DNA of 32,542 nucleotides from Defluviitaleaceae bacterium (GCA_009787435.1 WRFW01000222.1:1-32542), one strand, 5' to 3'; counted from the first letter of the stretch, positions 1 to 7,563 are shown. A program made the numbers and translations. Notes: a model not told the origin generated them from the letters alone.

Positions 1-64
1 AATTTCCTTTTATTACCCCCCCCCCAACATTGTTGGAAGTAGTGTATTTATTATTTTGTGCCAT
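1..64 (-). CDS. 5' end of an unknown CDS running off the left edge (MAQNNKYTTSNNVGGG...), carrying a G10 tract
   Basis: Minus-strand ATG at 62-64, 7 nt after GGAGA. A consensus promoter lies upstream. The frame stays open to position 1. Confidence 0.35.
   Translation of the reverse strand, partial: MAQNNKYTTSNNVGGGVIKGN
16..25. repeat. C10 (plus) / G10 (minus) homopolymer tract
   Basis: Ten consecutive C at 16-25, counted directly. The tract lies in codons 14-17 of the edge ORF. Confidence 0.9.
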
Positions 65-96
65 AAAAATTTCTCCTAAAAAAATATTTTTTAGTA

Positions 97-125
97 ATTA
101 TACTTAAAAAATTGTAATTTGTCAA
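97..125 (-). promoter_or_regulatory. sigma-70-type promoter TTGACA-17 nt-TATAAT
   Basis: The minus strand reads TTGACA (120-125), a 17 nt spacer, then TATAAT (97-102), about 30 nt upstream of the ATG at 64. Confidence 0.55.
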
Positions 126-191
126 GCAATTTTAAAAAACAAGCAAATATTGCTAAATCAAAGCAAGGTTACGACTTAATTTAAGATTATT

Positions 192-902
192 TTAATCATT
201 GCTAATCTTCTTCTTTTTTTTGAAGATGCCAAAAATACCAGTTTTAGATGTTTCTTCTTCAAAATTTTCTTGTTCTAGTTCCTCACTATTTGGCAACCCT
301 GAAGATAAAGAATTTCCACCTATTCCTTGCTGAGGTGAATTAAATTGAAGCTTGGTTTTTGGGGAAGAAACTGCTTCACTAGAATCATGCCCAGAATAAG
401 ATTGCTGCCCATCTGCTCTAGGCTTTTTGCTAGTCGTGTTCATTTGCTCTAAGTATTTCTTAAACTTTTCTTGGTATTCTTTGGCGAGTTCAAGTTTATA
501 ATTTTTTAAATTAAGTTCGTGTTCTTTTTTCAAGTCTATTCTAAACTTTTTATATTCCGCTTCCTTTTCTTTTATAAGTGTGAGCTTATATTCTTCAAAT
601 TTCTCAGTTTGGTCGCTTTCTAGCTCTAATTCAAACCTTGCTTCTTGCTCTTTTAAGCTTTTTTTGTGCTCTTCTTTTAAAGCTTCTATAGCTTCATTTT
701 TTTTCGCTTCCAAATCTTCTTTTTGGCGTTTAAGCTTTTTTTTATGTGTCTGCTCTACTTTGGCAAGCTCTGCTTCGTGGTCTTTTTTATATTGTTCAAA
801 TTTTTCTTCTATAGCCTTTTCTATACTCGCTATTTTTTCATTTAGATTTTTTTCTAAATCTGATACTTTTTCTTTGATTTCTTTTTCTAGCACTTTTTCC
901 AT
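192..902 (-). CDS. Lys/Glu-rich coiled-coil protein with a Ser/Gly/Gln-rich tail, function unknown
   Basis: 236-aa ORF with heptad-like K/E-rich composition. No clear RBS at the annotated ATG, so the start is uncertain. Confidence 0.55.
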   Translation of the reverse strand: MEKVLEKEIKEKVSDLEKNLNEKIASIEKAIEEKFEQYKKDHEAELAKVEQTHKKKLKRQKEDLEAKKNEAIEALKEEHKKSLKEQEARFELELESDQTEKFEEYKLTLIKEKEAEYKKFRIDLKKEHELNLKNYKLELAKEYQEKFKKYLEQMNTTSKKPRADGQQSYSGHDSSEAVSSPKTKLQFNSPQQGIGGNSLSSGLPNSEELEQENFEEETSKTGIFGIFKKKKKISND

Positions 903-995
903 AATTTATTTTATCTTGCTTTCTCCTTTATCGTATTAATATAAGCTTAAACTAAGTTGAAAAATAGTTACGCTAGCTATAAAATAGATTTTAGA

Positions 996-1021
996 AGCCG
1001 CTTTTTACCTATAAAGCAGCT
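996..1021 (-). terminator. possible intrinsic terminator downstream of the MATE gene
   Basis: The minus strand forms AGCTGCTTT/AAAGCGGCT, a 9-bp stem with one G-U pair, followed by a moderately T-rich tract. Confidence 0.4.
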
Positions 1022-1050
1022 AACGCAACTACGGAGAAACTATTTAAAAT

Positions 1051-2400
1051 CTAAACTAACCTATTAGCCCATTTATTAGTTAAAACTCTTTTAGTGCCGA
1101 CTATTGCTTTAAATAATTCTTCCACATAAACTAAGGCAACTACAAAATAAATAGGAAGCCCCCAAATATGTGCCCCTAAAAGGCTAAGTGGCACACCAAG
1201 CCCAAGCACACCGATAACTACAACAAAAAAGCCAAATTTAGTATCACCGCCGCCTCTTAAAATACCGCCTATATTTGTAAAATTAACAGTCCTAAGAGCC
1301 ATTCCAAGCCCAGTTACAATTAAAATTCTATAAACATAATGGGCTATATTAGCTTCTATATTAAAAGCTGAGAGAATTAAAGGGGCAGTTAAAATTAATA
1401 GCCCTGCCATTGTTAAACTTAATAAAACACCATATATTAAACATTTTCTTGAATATCTTATAGCTAATTCACGCTCGCCAGCACCTAGTGTGTTTGATAT
1501 TATAACACCTGCACTAACACCTATTGCAGAGCCAAAAATTTGAAACATTTGCAACATTGGCGTTGCTATTTGCAAAGCACCAAATTGATAAACACCTGTT
1601 TCACCATATGCCGCTAAATAGCCGCTAATTGCAAATGCCCGAACTACCATAGTTGCTATTATAAAAGCACCAACTTTAAAATATTTTTTTGCAAAAGCTA
1701 AATCATAAGAAAAATATTGCTTAGGCGTTGCTTTTATAGCAATTTTATATTTTTTTATAAAAAATTCTTGTGCTAATAATTCTGAAGCCCTAGCGACTAC
1801 TGGTGCCAAAGCTAAAATATATATCGGCGAATTTAAAACAAATATGAATAAATAATTCAAAGAAAAACTAACTACGAGCGATACACTAGTTGTGAACATT
1901 GGGATTCTAGCAAAACCGACCATTCTAAGAGCTCCATTTCTAAGAAACACGATACTAAAAAGTAAATATGATAAAATGCTAAATCTAAAATAAGAAACAC
2001 CCAAATAGCTTACAACTTGGTCGTTAGTAAAAACACTAAACAACCAATGCGGCACAAAAATTGCTACTAAAATAATGAGTGCAGCTAAACTTATAATTAG
2101 AGTGAAGCCAACGCCTAACACTTTATAAATATTGCTTTGCTCGCTTCCTGCTTCGCCGCCTTTTCCGTGATATTGCCCTATAAAGACACTGCACCCGTGC
2201 ACAATGCCTGCAACTGCAAGGCTATATGCAAAAAATATTTGATTAGAGATACCGATGGCACTAATCTCTTCAATACCCATAACATTTAATATCATAAATG
2301 TTGTGATTAAATTAACCATGCCGTTTAACAATTCTTGAACCATAAGCGGAGGTGCAACTTTGGCTAGTTTTTTAAAAAACATTTTATTTTCTTGACTCAT
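1051..2400 (-). CDS. MATE family multidrug/efflux transporter
   Basis: 449 aa, about 12 hydrophobic segments, typical MATE N-terminus (KKLAKVAPPLMVQELLNGMVNLITTFM). AAAGGAGG RBS upstream. Confidence 0.85.
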   Translation of the reverse strand: MSQENKMFFKKLAKVAPPLMVQELLNGMVNLITTFMILNVMGIEEISAIGISNQIFFAYSLAVAGIVHGCSVFIGQYHGKGGEAGSEQSNIYKVLGVGFTLIISLAALIILVAIFVPHWLFSVFTNDQVVSYLGVSYFRFSILSYLLFSIVFLRNGALRMVGFARIPMFTTSVSLVVSFSLNYLFIFVLNSPIYILALAPVVARASELLAQEFFIKKYKIAIKATPKQYFSYDLAFAKKYFKVGAFIIATMVVRAFAISGYLAAYGETGVYQFGALQIATPMLQMFQIFGSAIGVSAGVIISNTLGAGERELAIRYSRKCLIYGVLLSLTMAGLLILTAPLILSAFNIEANIAHYVYRILIVTGLGMALRTVNFTNIGGILRGGGDTKFGFFVVVIGVLGLGVPLSLLGAHIWGLPIYFVVALVYVEELFKAIVGTKRVLTNKWANRLV

Positions 2401-2450
2401 TAAACCTCCTTTATTGTTTTTTAAAATAGCATTCCTAGTATAAAAGCTAT

Positions 2451-3455
2451 TTAGCCCACTACCAACTTACTAGCTGCGTTTAAGCTCATATTAGCAAAAT
2501 CTCCTTTTAAAAAAGAATAATATCCCCTTGCAGCTACCATTGCAGCATTATCTGTGCAATAAATAGCTTTTGGAATATAAGCTTCTTTTAAACTTTCACG
2601 CAAATAACTATTGCAAGCGACCCCACCAACGACAACCAATGGTGAAGAAAAATTGGGATTTACACTTTCCCTATTAATAGAAGTTAATTTATTAACTTTA
2701 GCAACTAACACATCAATTGCTGCTTTTTGAAAGCTTGCCGCTATATCTTCTTTTACTAGCGTTTCACCTTTCATATTTAAAGTGTTAACATAGTTAATTA
2801 CAGATGATTTAAGACCACTGTAACTAAAATCAAAATTATCTTCATTAACTTTTGGCTTTGGAAAATTAACAACTGCCTTTCCAAGCTTAGAAAGCCTGTC
2901 TATTAAAGGCCCTCCAGGGTAGCCAAGCCCTAATAGCCTTGCTACTTTATCATAAGCTTCGCCAACTGCATCGTCCATTGTTTTGCCGATTATTTCATAA
3001 TCATCATATGATTTAACGCTGTATAAAAGTGTATGACCGCCGCTAACTACTAATGCTTTAAATGGCGGTGCTATATCGCTTTCTAAAAAAGCTGCTGCAA
3101 TATGCCCCTCTATATGGTTTACAGCTATAAGGGGCTTTTTTATAGCAAAACTAAGTGCTTTTGCATAGTTAACGCCCACCAAAAGAGCACCTATAAGCCC
3201 CGGATTTGTAGTTACTGCTACCCCATCTAGCTCTTCAAAGCTTAAATTAGCAATTTTCAAAGCTTCATCTACTACATTTCCGATATATTCAATATGCTTT
3301 CTACTAGCTATTTCAGGCACAACTCCGCCAAATTTAGCTTGAATATTTGCAGAGCTTGCTATTACATTTGAAAGCACACCCCTACCACCTTCAACTATAC
3401 TAGCACAAGTTTCATCACAAGAAGTTTCTATGCCAAGTATTTTAATTCTTTTCAT
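2451..3455 (-). CDS. tsaD: tRNA N6-adenosine threonylcarbamoyltransferase TsaD
   Basis: N-terminal ILGIETSCDETCASIV and the HIEGHI metal-binding motif. 334 aa is typical Kae1/TsaD length. Confidence 0.93.
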   Translation of the reverse strand: MKRIKILGIETSCDETCASIVEGGRGVLSNVIASSANIQAKFGGVVPEIASRKHIEYIGNVVDEALKIANLSFEELDGVAVTTNPGLIGALLVGVNYAKALSFAIKKPLIAVNHIEGHIAAAFLESDIAPPFKALVVSGGHTLLYSVKSYDDYEIIGKTMDDAVGEAYDKVARLLGLGYPGGPLIDRLSKLGKAVVNFPKPKVNEDNFDFSYSGLKSSVINYVNTLNMKGETLVKEDIAASFQKAAIDVLVAKVNKLTSINRESVNPNFSSPLVVVGGVACNSYLRESLKEAYIPKAIYCTDNAAMVAARGYYSFLKGDFANMSLNAASKLVVG

Positions 3456-3461
3456 TTTATT

Positions 3462-3490
3462 ATTTTACCACGTTTCTTTGCCTTTGTCAA
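3462..3490 (-). promoter_or_regulatory. promoter TTGACA-17-TG-n-TAAAAT placing the TSS at or next to the tsaD ATG (candidate leaderless mRNA)
   Basis: Minus strand: TTGACA (3485-3490), 17 nt spacer ending TGG, TAAAAT (3462-3467), then only 6 nt (AATAAA) before the ATG at 3455. No Shine-Dalgarno sequence. Confidence 0.45.
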
Positions 3491-3512
3491 ACAATCCAAA
3501 AAAATAAAGCGG

Positions 3513-3615
3513 TTTAAATAGTGTTTATACTTTGTGTGCTTCTTCATAAACTCGGCAATATACAAAAGCACTGCCCCATTTAATCATCGCCCTACTAGTC
3601 TAAACACTATTTAAA
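3513..3615. repeat. perfect 15-bp inverted repeat (TTTAAATAGTGTTTA / TAAACACTATTTAAA) enclosing 73 nt
   Basis: Arms at 3513-3527 and 3601-3615 are exact reverse complements. Located in the proC-tsaD intergenic region. Confidence 0.7.
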
Positions 3616-3668
3616 ATGCTTTATAAAAATATTTCCTTGGAAATAATAAATATCCATTTATAAAAATG

Positions 3669-4583
3669 TTATTCTTTCATAGCTTTTGATTTTTCAACAC
3701 AAGCCGAAACGCCACTTATAATTGCATTTCTAAACCCTTGCCGCTCCAACTCACAAACAGCAGCAATAGTAGCACCCCCGGGGCTGCAAACAGCATCTTT
3801 AAGCTCTGCGGGGTGCTTACCTGTCTCAAGCACCATAGAAGCTGCCCCTAATAAAGCTTGTGCTGAAAATTTTATAGCTTGGTCTCTCGGTATGCCGTGT
3901 TTCACACCTGCATCTGCCATTGCTTCAATAAACATAAAAGCATAAGCAGGCGAGCTTCCCGCAATGCCTGTGAAAGCATCAAATAAGTTTTCATTTAAAA
4001 ATGTTACTTTGCCTATAGTTTCAAATATATTAAAAACTAGCTCTGTATCTTCTTTAGTTAAGTTGCGTATATCTTCGGTTTGCTCATTTTGAAACTGTAA
4101 ATGAAAGCTATTAGAAGATGCTAATTGTGCTGAATTGTTTAAACCTTGCGAAGTTTCATTTTTTACAATAGCTGTAATCCCTGAGTTAACTAATGATGGA
4201 GTATTTGGCATAGTTTTAATAATTTTAAGGTCTGGTCTGTTAAATTTTTCTGTTACTGAAGCTAAGCTTTGCCCAGCAGCAATGATAACTATAATCGCAC
4301 CCTTTTTAGTAGCTTTGCGGATTTCTTCTATAACTAAGCTATAAATATGCGGTTTTATACAAAGAAAAATAATATCTGCTTTTGAAGCTATTTCTTCGTT
4401 GCTAAGGCTAGTATAAACATTATATGTTTCTTTAATTTTATTAAGCTTAGCTTCGTTAGTGCTTGAAACTAAAATATTAGAAGCTCTAACAAAGTTAGAT
4501 TTTAAAACACCACCAATAATAGCAGAGCCCATATTGCCAGTGCCACCTATAAAGCCTAGCTTTAAATCTTTTTTTATAGACAT
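3669..4583 (-). CDS. proC: pyrroline-5-carboxylate reductase with an internal low-complexity insertion
   Basis: GFIGGTGNMGSAI Rossmann motif, MPNTPSLV, GSSPAYAFMFIEA and SPGGATI motifs. AGGAGG RBS. Confidence 0.88.
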   Translation of the reverse strand: MSIKKDLKLGFIGGTGNMGSAIIGGVLKSNFVRASNILVSSTNEAKLNKIKETYNVYTSLSNEEIASKADIIFLCIKPHIYSLVIEEIRKATKKGAIIVIIAAGQSLASVTEKFNRPDLKIIKTMPNTPSLVNSGITAIVKNETSQGLNNSAQLASSNSFHLQFQNEQTEDIRNLTKEDTELVFNIFETIGKVTFLNENLFDAFTGIAGSSPAYAFMFIEAMADAGVKHGIPRDQAIKFSAQALLGAASMVLETGKHPAELKDAVCSPGGATIAAVCELERQGFRNAIISGVSACVEKSKAMKE

Positions 4584-4659
4584 TTTAACCTCCTATCCAG
4601 CTTTGCTGAGGATTGAGAGAGATAAATAAGTATTGATTATTTTAAAAAAGTTCATCTCA

Positions 4660-4697
4660 AATCAAATAAAAATCTAAGTTCTATAAAACTTAGATTT
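4660..4697 (-). terminator. AT-rich hairpin terminator ending the peptide/regulator/DUF2520 transcription unit
   Basis: 11-bp stem AAATCTAAGTT/AACTTAGATTT (4670-4697) followed on the minus strand by TTATTTGATTT. Confidence 0.45.
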
Positions 4698-4805
4698 AAT
4701 AAAGAAGCTGCTACAATACTAGACCAAAGTTAAAAAACTAATTTTCTGCCCAAAGAGTGCCAGAGTAAGTAGCTAAAGTTCCTCCTGTTTGTGAAAAATA
4801 AGAAG

Positions 4806-4973
4806 CTAACCTAAGCGTTCCTCCCCATCTTCTGTTGTAGCAGACCACCAAGAAAATAAATCATTTTCTGAAGCAGGTTCTAATTCATAAGAGTAGCTAA
4901 GAGTTTGGTTAGCACTAACATTGTTGCTAAAAACTAGAAAAATAATTAACAAGCTTGATAAATATTTTTTCAT
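4806..4973 (-). CDS. small secreted peptide (MKKYLSSLLIIFLVFSNNVSA|NQTLSYSYELEPASENDLFSWWSATTEDGEERLG), possibly truncated by a frameshift
   Basis: AGGAGG lies 9 nt upstream of the ATG at 4973. Clear signal-peptide-like N-terminus. The ORF is below the 60-aa cutoff of the ORF track. Confidence 0.5.
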   Translation of the reverse strand: MKKYLSSLLIIFLVFSNNVSANQTLSYSYELEPASENDLFSWWSATTEDGEERLG

Positions 4974-5099
4974 TAACATTTACCTCCTAAGTTTAATATA
5001 GTTACATAAAAAGTTAATTTTATGCAACCTATTACGTTTCTAAAAAAAGACTAGTATATGCAAAGCAAACTTCTTGAAAAGATTATATCATTATTTTAA

Positions 5100-5882
5100 T
5101 CATTTGTCAATATTTTTTTGGATTGCTATTTTAATCAATTGGTTAGACATAACATTGTAAATATCTTTATAATTTTCTGGCAAGGCTTCTAAATGAGATT
5201 TAACAGTCTCTAGATCTCCACGCTCAATTGGACCTGTTAATGCGTTTATACTACCTTTTGATTTTATATTATTAATAGTAGTTTCTACTAGACCCATTAA
5301 CATTTCTGTGTTTTGAATGCCAGCTTCTTTGAGTACATTTTCAGCAATATTATAAATTCCAACTAAAAAATTAGAAGCTATTACAGCCGCTGCATGATAT
5401 AGCGGCTTAGCTTCTTTTTTAATTATTTGATTGTTTGGAAATAGCTCTTTTATTATGTGAATATGTTTGCTATCACCCTCTATAGTAAACATTATTTTTT
5501 TTAAGTCTGTTTCTTTTGTAACAGCTGCCATTGGATGTATTGAAAAGCCTATATTATCTTTAAACAAATCGGAAGCCAAAAAGCCAGACATATGGCAAAA
5601 TATAATTTTGCCACTTGCAATGGAAGCTATGCCATCGGAAAAACTACCGTCGCTAAGAGTAGGAACTAAAGGAAAGTTAGCTTCCAAACTGCCTTTTGAA
5701 ATATGATTATTGGCTAAATAAGTTTTAATTTGTTCATAGACTTCTTTAATTTTGCTATCTGGCGTTGCAATGAAAATAATATTTGCATTTTTGGTTTCTT
5801 CTATATTTTTTGTAGGTGTTATTCCGAGATAAGAACCAAGAGCAGTGCCAACTTTCCCACAACCAATTATACACTTTTTCAT
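5100..5882 (-). CDS. Rossmann-fold NAD(P) oxidoreductase, DUF2520 / ProC-like family
   Basis: N-terminal IIGCGKVGTALG dinucleotide-binding motif. Length and C-terminal helical domain fit DUF2520-type proteins. The start overlaps the upstream stop (ATGA). Confidence 0.7.
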   Translation of the reverse strand: MKKCIIGCGKVGTALGSYLGITPTKNIEETKNANIIFIATPDSKIKEVYEQIKTYLANNHISKGSLEANFPLVPTLSDGSFSDGIASIASGKIIFCHMSGFLASDLFKDNIGFSIHPMAAVTKETDLKKIMFTIEGDSKHIHIIKELFPNNQIIKKEAKPLYHAAAVIASNFLVGIYNIAENVLKEAGIQNTEMLMGLVETTINNIKSKGSINALTGPIERGDLETVKSHLEALPENYKDIYNVMSNQLIKIAIQKNIDK

Positions 5883-7024
5883 TGATTTACTACTAGAGGA
5901 ATGCTGTTTTCTTCTAGCTTTGGCGGTTCAGAGCTATTAACTGCTTTGCTTTTACAAGATTGCAAAAAATTTATAAAATCATAAACCATTGTTAAATCGG
6001 ATTCATTAAAATTGCTAGTGATAAATTTAATTTTTTGAAATATGTTAGATTTCTCATTAATTGTAGTGTTGCCCTCATTTTTGCCATATAAAAGCTCATC
6101 TAATGGGGTATCTAATATATATGCTAATTCAAGCATTCTATATGTAGGGAAGCTTCGCTCACCGCTTTCAAAAAGAATTAAGTGGCTTTTGCTAATGTCT
6201 AATTTTTCTGCAAAATCTTCTGCTTCAAAATTTAAGCTTTCCCTAATAGTTTTTACGCTTGAACCAATTAAAATACCAAAATGCCTTTTAGTGAGATTAA
6301 TACCCTTGCTAGGTCTATATCTTCTAACTTCATCTTTAGCGACATTATAAAGAGGTCTATCTTTCATTTTTTCAAGAAGCTCTAAATTTTGAGTTAAAAA
6401 TTCAGAATCTTCATCAAATATGCCTGCTCTTAATAAAGCAAAAGTTTCAAACTTCTTAAGTTCATCACCTTTTCTTTCGGAGATAGATAACACATTATTA
6501 AGGTGTGCTTTAAAAAGAGACTTAGCATTATTTAAACGTTTAGGCTCTTTTAAATGGTCTATTTCTAAAAATTTTGCTTTTAATATTCTTGATAACATAT
6601 TAATATGAATAAAAAAGCTTATACGAACAGTAGGAACTTCATCTACATATTTATTTAAAGCTGCCAAAGTCAAACTACAAAGTTTTTCAGCTTCTTCAAA
6701 ACTTTGTACCCACATTAAAACTAATTGTGAAATTCTTATATCACCAATATCCCAACTAGTAACAGGCAAATTCATAAGCCTATTAAAAACAGGCAATACA
6801 AGTTTATAAATTTCTTTAAAATCAACTTTTTGATTTTCAGCTTCATAAGCTTTAAGTATTTTCAAAATATCTAAAAGTTGTATATCTTCCTTGCCATCCT
6901 CTTTATGGTACTTTTCAATATCTTTCTTTAATTTTTCAGCCTTATCAATATTTTTATAGTTACCACCCAAAGAAGAAAACTCTTTTAATAAGTTTTCTTT
7001 ACTGATGATGTTAGTTTTCTGCAA
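5879..7024 (-). CDS. atypical XRE-family transcriptional regulator: about 240-aa helical N-terminal domain followed by an HTH
   Basis: TTG start 6 nt after GGAGGG. XRE-type HTH at about aa 245-312 (SVKTIRESLNFEAEDFAEKLDISKSHLILFESGERSFPTYRMLELAYILDTPLDELL). Confidence 0.75.
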   Translation of the reverse strand: MQKTNIISKENLLKEFSSLGGNYKNIDKAEKLKKDIEKYHKEDGKEDIQLLDILKILKAYEAENQKVDFKEIYKLVLPVFNRLMNLPVTSWDIGDIRISQLVLMWVQSFEEAEKLCSLTLAALNKYVDEVPTVRISFFIHINMLSRILKAKFLEIDHLKEPKRLNNAKSLFKAHLNNVLSISERKGDELKKFETFALLRAGIFDEDSEFLTQNLELLEKMKDRPLYNVAKDEVRRYRPSKGINLTKRHFGILIGSSVKTIRESLNFEAEDFAEKLDISKSHLILFESGERSFPTYRMLELAYILDTPLDELLYGKNEGNTTINEKSNIFQKIKFITSNFNESDLTMVYDFINFLQSCKSKAVNSSEPPKLEENSIPLVVNQ

Positions 7025-7039
7025 ATCAAGCCCTCCTAT

Positions 7040-7099
7040 CTAATCCCAACCTTCTGATATATTAGCATCTAGCGGGCGGATTTTAATTTCAATTCTCAT
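7040..7099 (-). CDS. 19-aa peptide, copy 1: MRIEIKIRPLDANISEGWD
   Basis: ATG 7 nt after AGGAGGGA. Its stop lies 15 nt upstream of the regulator start. It is a paralogue of two upstream copies that carry synonymous differences. Confidence 0.6.
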   Translation of the reverse strand: MRIEIKIRPLDANISEGWD

Positions 7100-7146
7100 T
7101 TTCTATCCCTCCTAAATTCTTTTTAGTTTTTATAAAAGGCAACTTA

Positions 7147-7206
7147 CTAATCCCAACCATCTGAAATATTTGCAGTTAAAGGCCGTATTTCAATTTTAAT
7201 TCTCAT
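7147..7206 (-). CDS. 19-aa peptide, copy 2: MRIKIEIRPLTANISDGWD
   Basis: Own AGGAGGGA RBS. Same length and frame as copies 1 and 3. Confidence 0.6.
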   Translation of the reverse strand: MRIKIEIRPLTANISDGWD

Positions 7207-7280
7207 TTTTTATCCCTCCTAAATTTCTTATAGTAATTTTCTGAAACCAAGCCTATTTAATTTTCTAAAAGGCAATAATA

Positions 7281-7340
7281 CTATTCAAAGCTGTCTGTTA
7301 TATTAGCACCTAACGGGCGTATCTTAATTTCAATTCTCAT
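7281..7340 (-). CDS. 19-aa peptide, copy 3: MRIEIKIRPLGANITDSFE
   Basis: Own AAGGAGAGGGA RBS. First gene after the promoter. Confidence 0.6.
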   Translation of the reverse strand: MRIEIKIRPLGANITDSFE

Positions 7341-7374
7341 TTTTCCCTCTCCTTATATTAGTTTCTTATAGAAA

Positions 7375-7403
7375 ATTATATCACATTTTCATATTTTTTG
7401 CAA
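7375..7403 (-). promoter_or_regulatory. promoter TTGCAA-17-TG-n-TATAAT driving the peptide/regulator operon
   Basis: Minus strand: TTGCAA (7398-7403), 17 nt spacer ending TGA, TATAAT (7375-7380), about 35 nt upstream of the copy 3 ATG. Confidence 0.55.
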
Positions 7404-7481
7404 GGCTTTTTCAGAAAAAACTACAAAAAAAGCCCCAAAAACAAAGCTTTATTAACTTTCTAATAAAATCACAAACAGCAT

Positions 7482-7511
7482 TTGACAATTGAAGTAAGTT
7501 TGTAGTAATAT
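7482..7511 (+). promoter_or_regulatory. promoter TTGACA-18-TAATAT for the small acidic protein gene
   Basis: TTGACA at 7482-7487 and TAATAT at 7506-7511. Divergent from the peptide operon promoter. Confidence 0.5.
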
Positions 7512-7563
7512 ATTACTTGTTAGTAATTTACTAAACATTATTTTGCAAAAAGGAGAAACCAAA

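Noticed and set aside
580-939. 119-aa plus-strand ORF and many similar ORFs in the track (e.g. 4135-4344, 5467-5706, 6042-6350, 8201-8608, 8720-9058, 10882-11085, 11168-11503, 12667-12972, 13476-14165, 15633-16427, 16620-17363, 19005-19535, 20135-20398, 20855-21664, 23295-23713, 27691-28218, 28642-28830, 30357-30821)
   Set aside because: All lie antisense to, or out of frame within, much longer well-supported genes. They have low-complexity or Ser/Leu/Phe-rich translations typical of shadow ORFs in AT-rich DNA, and they lack RBSs.
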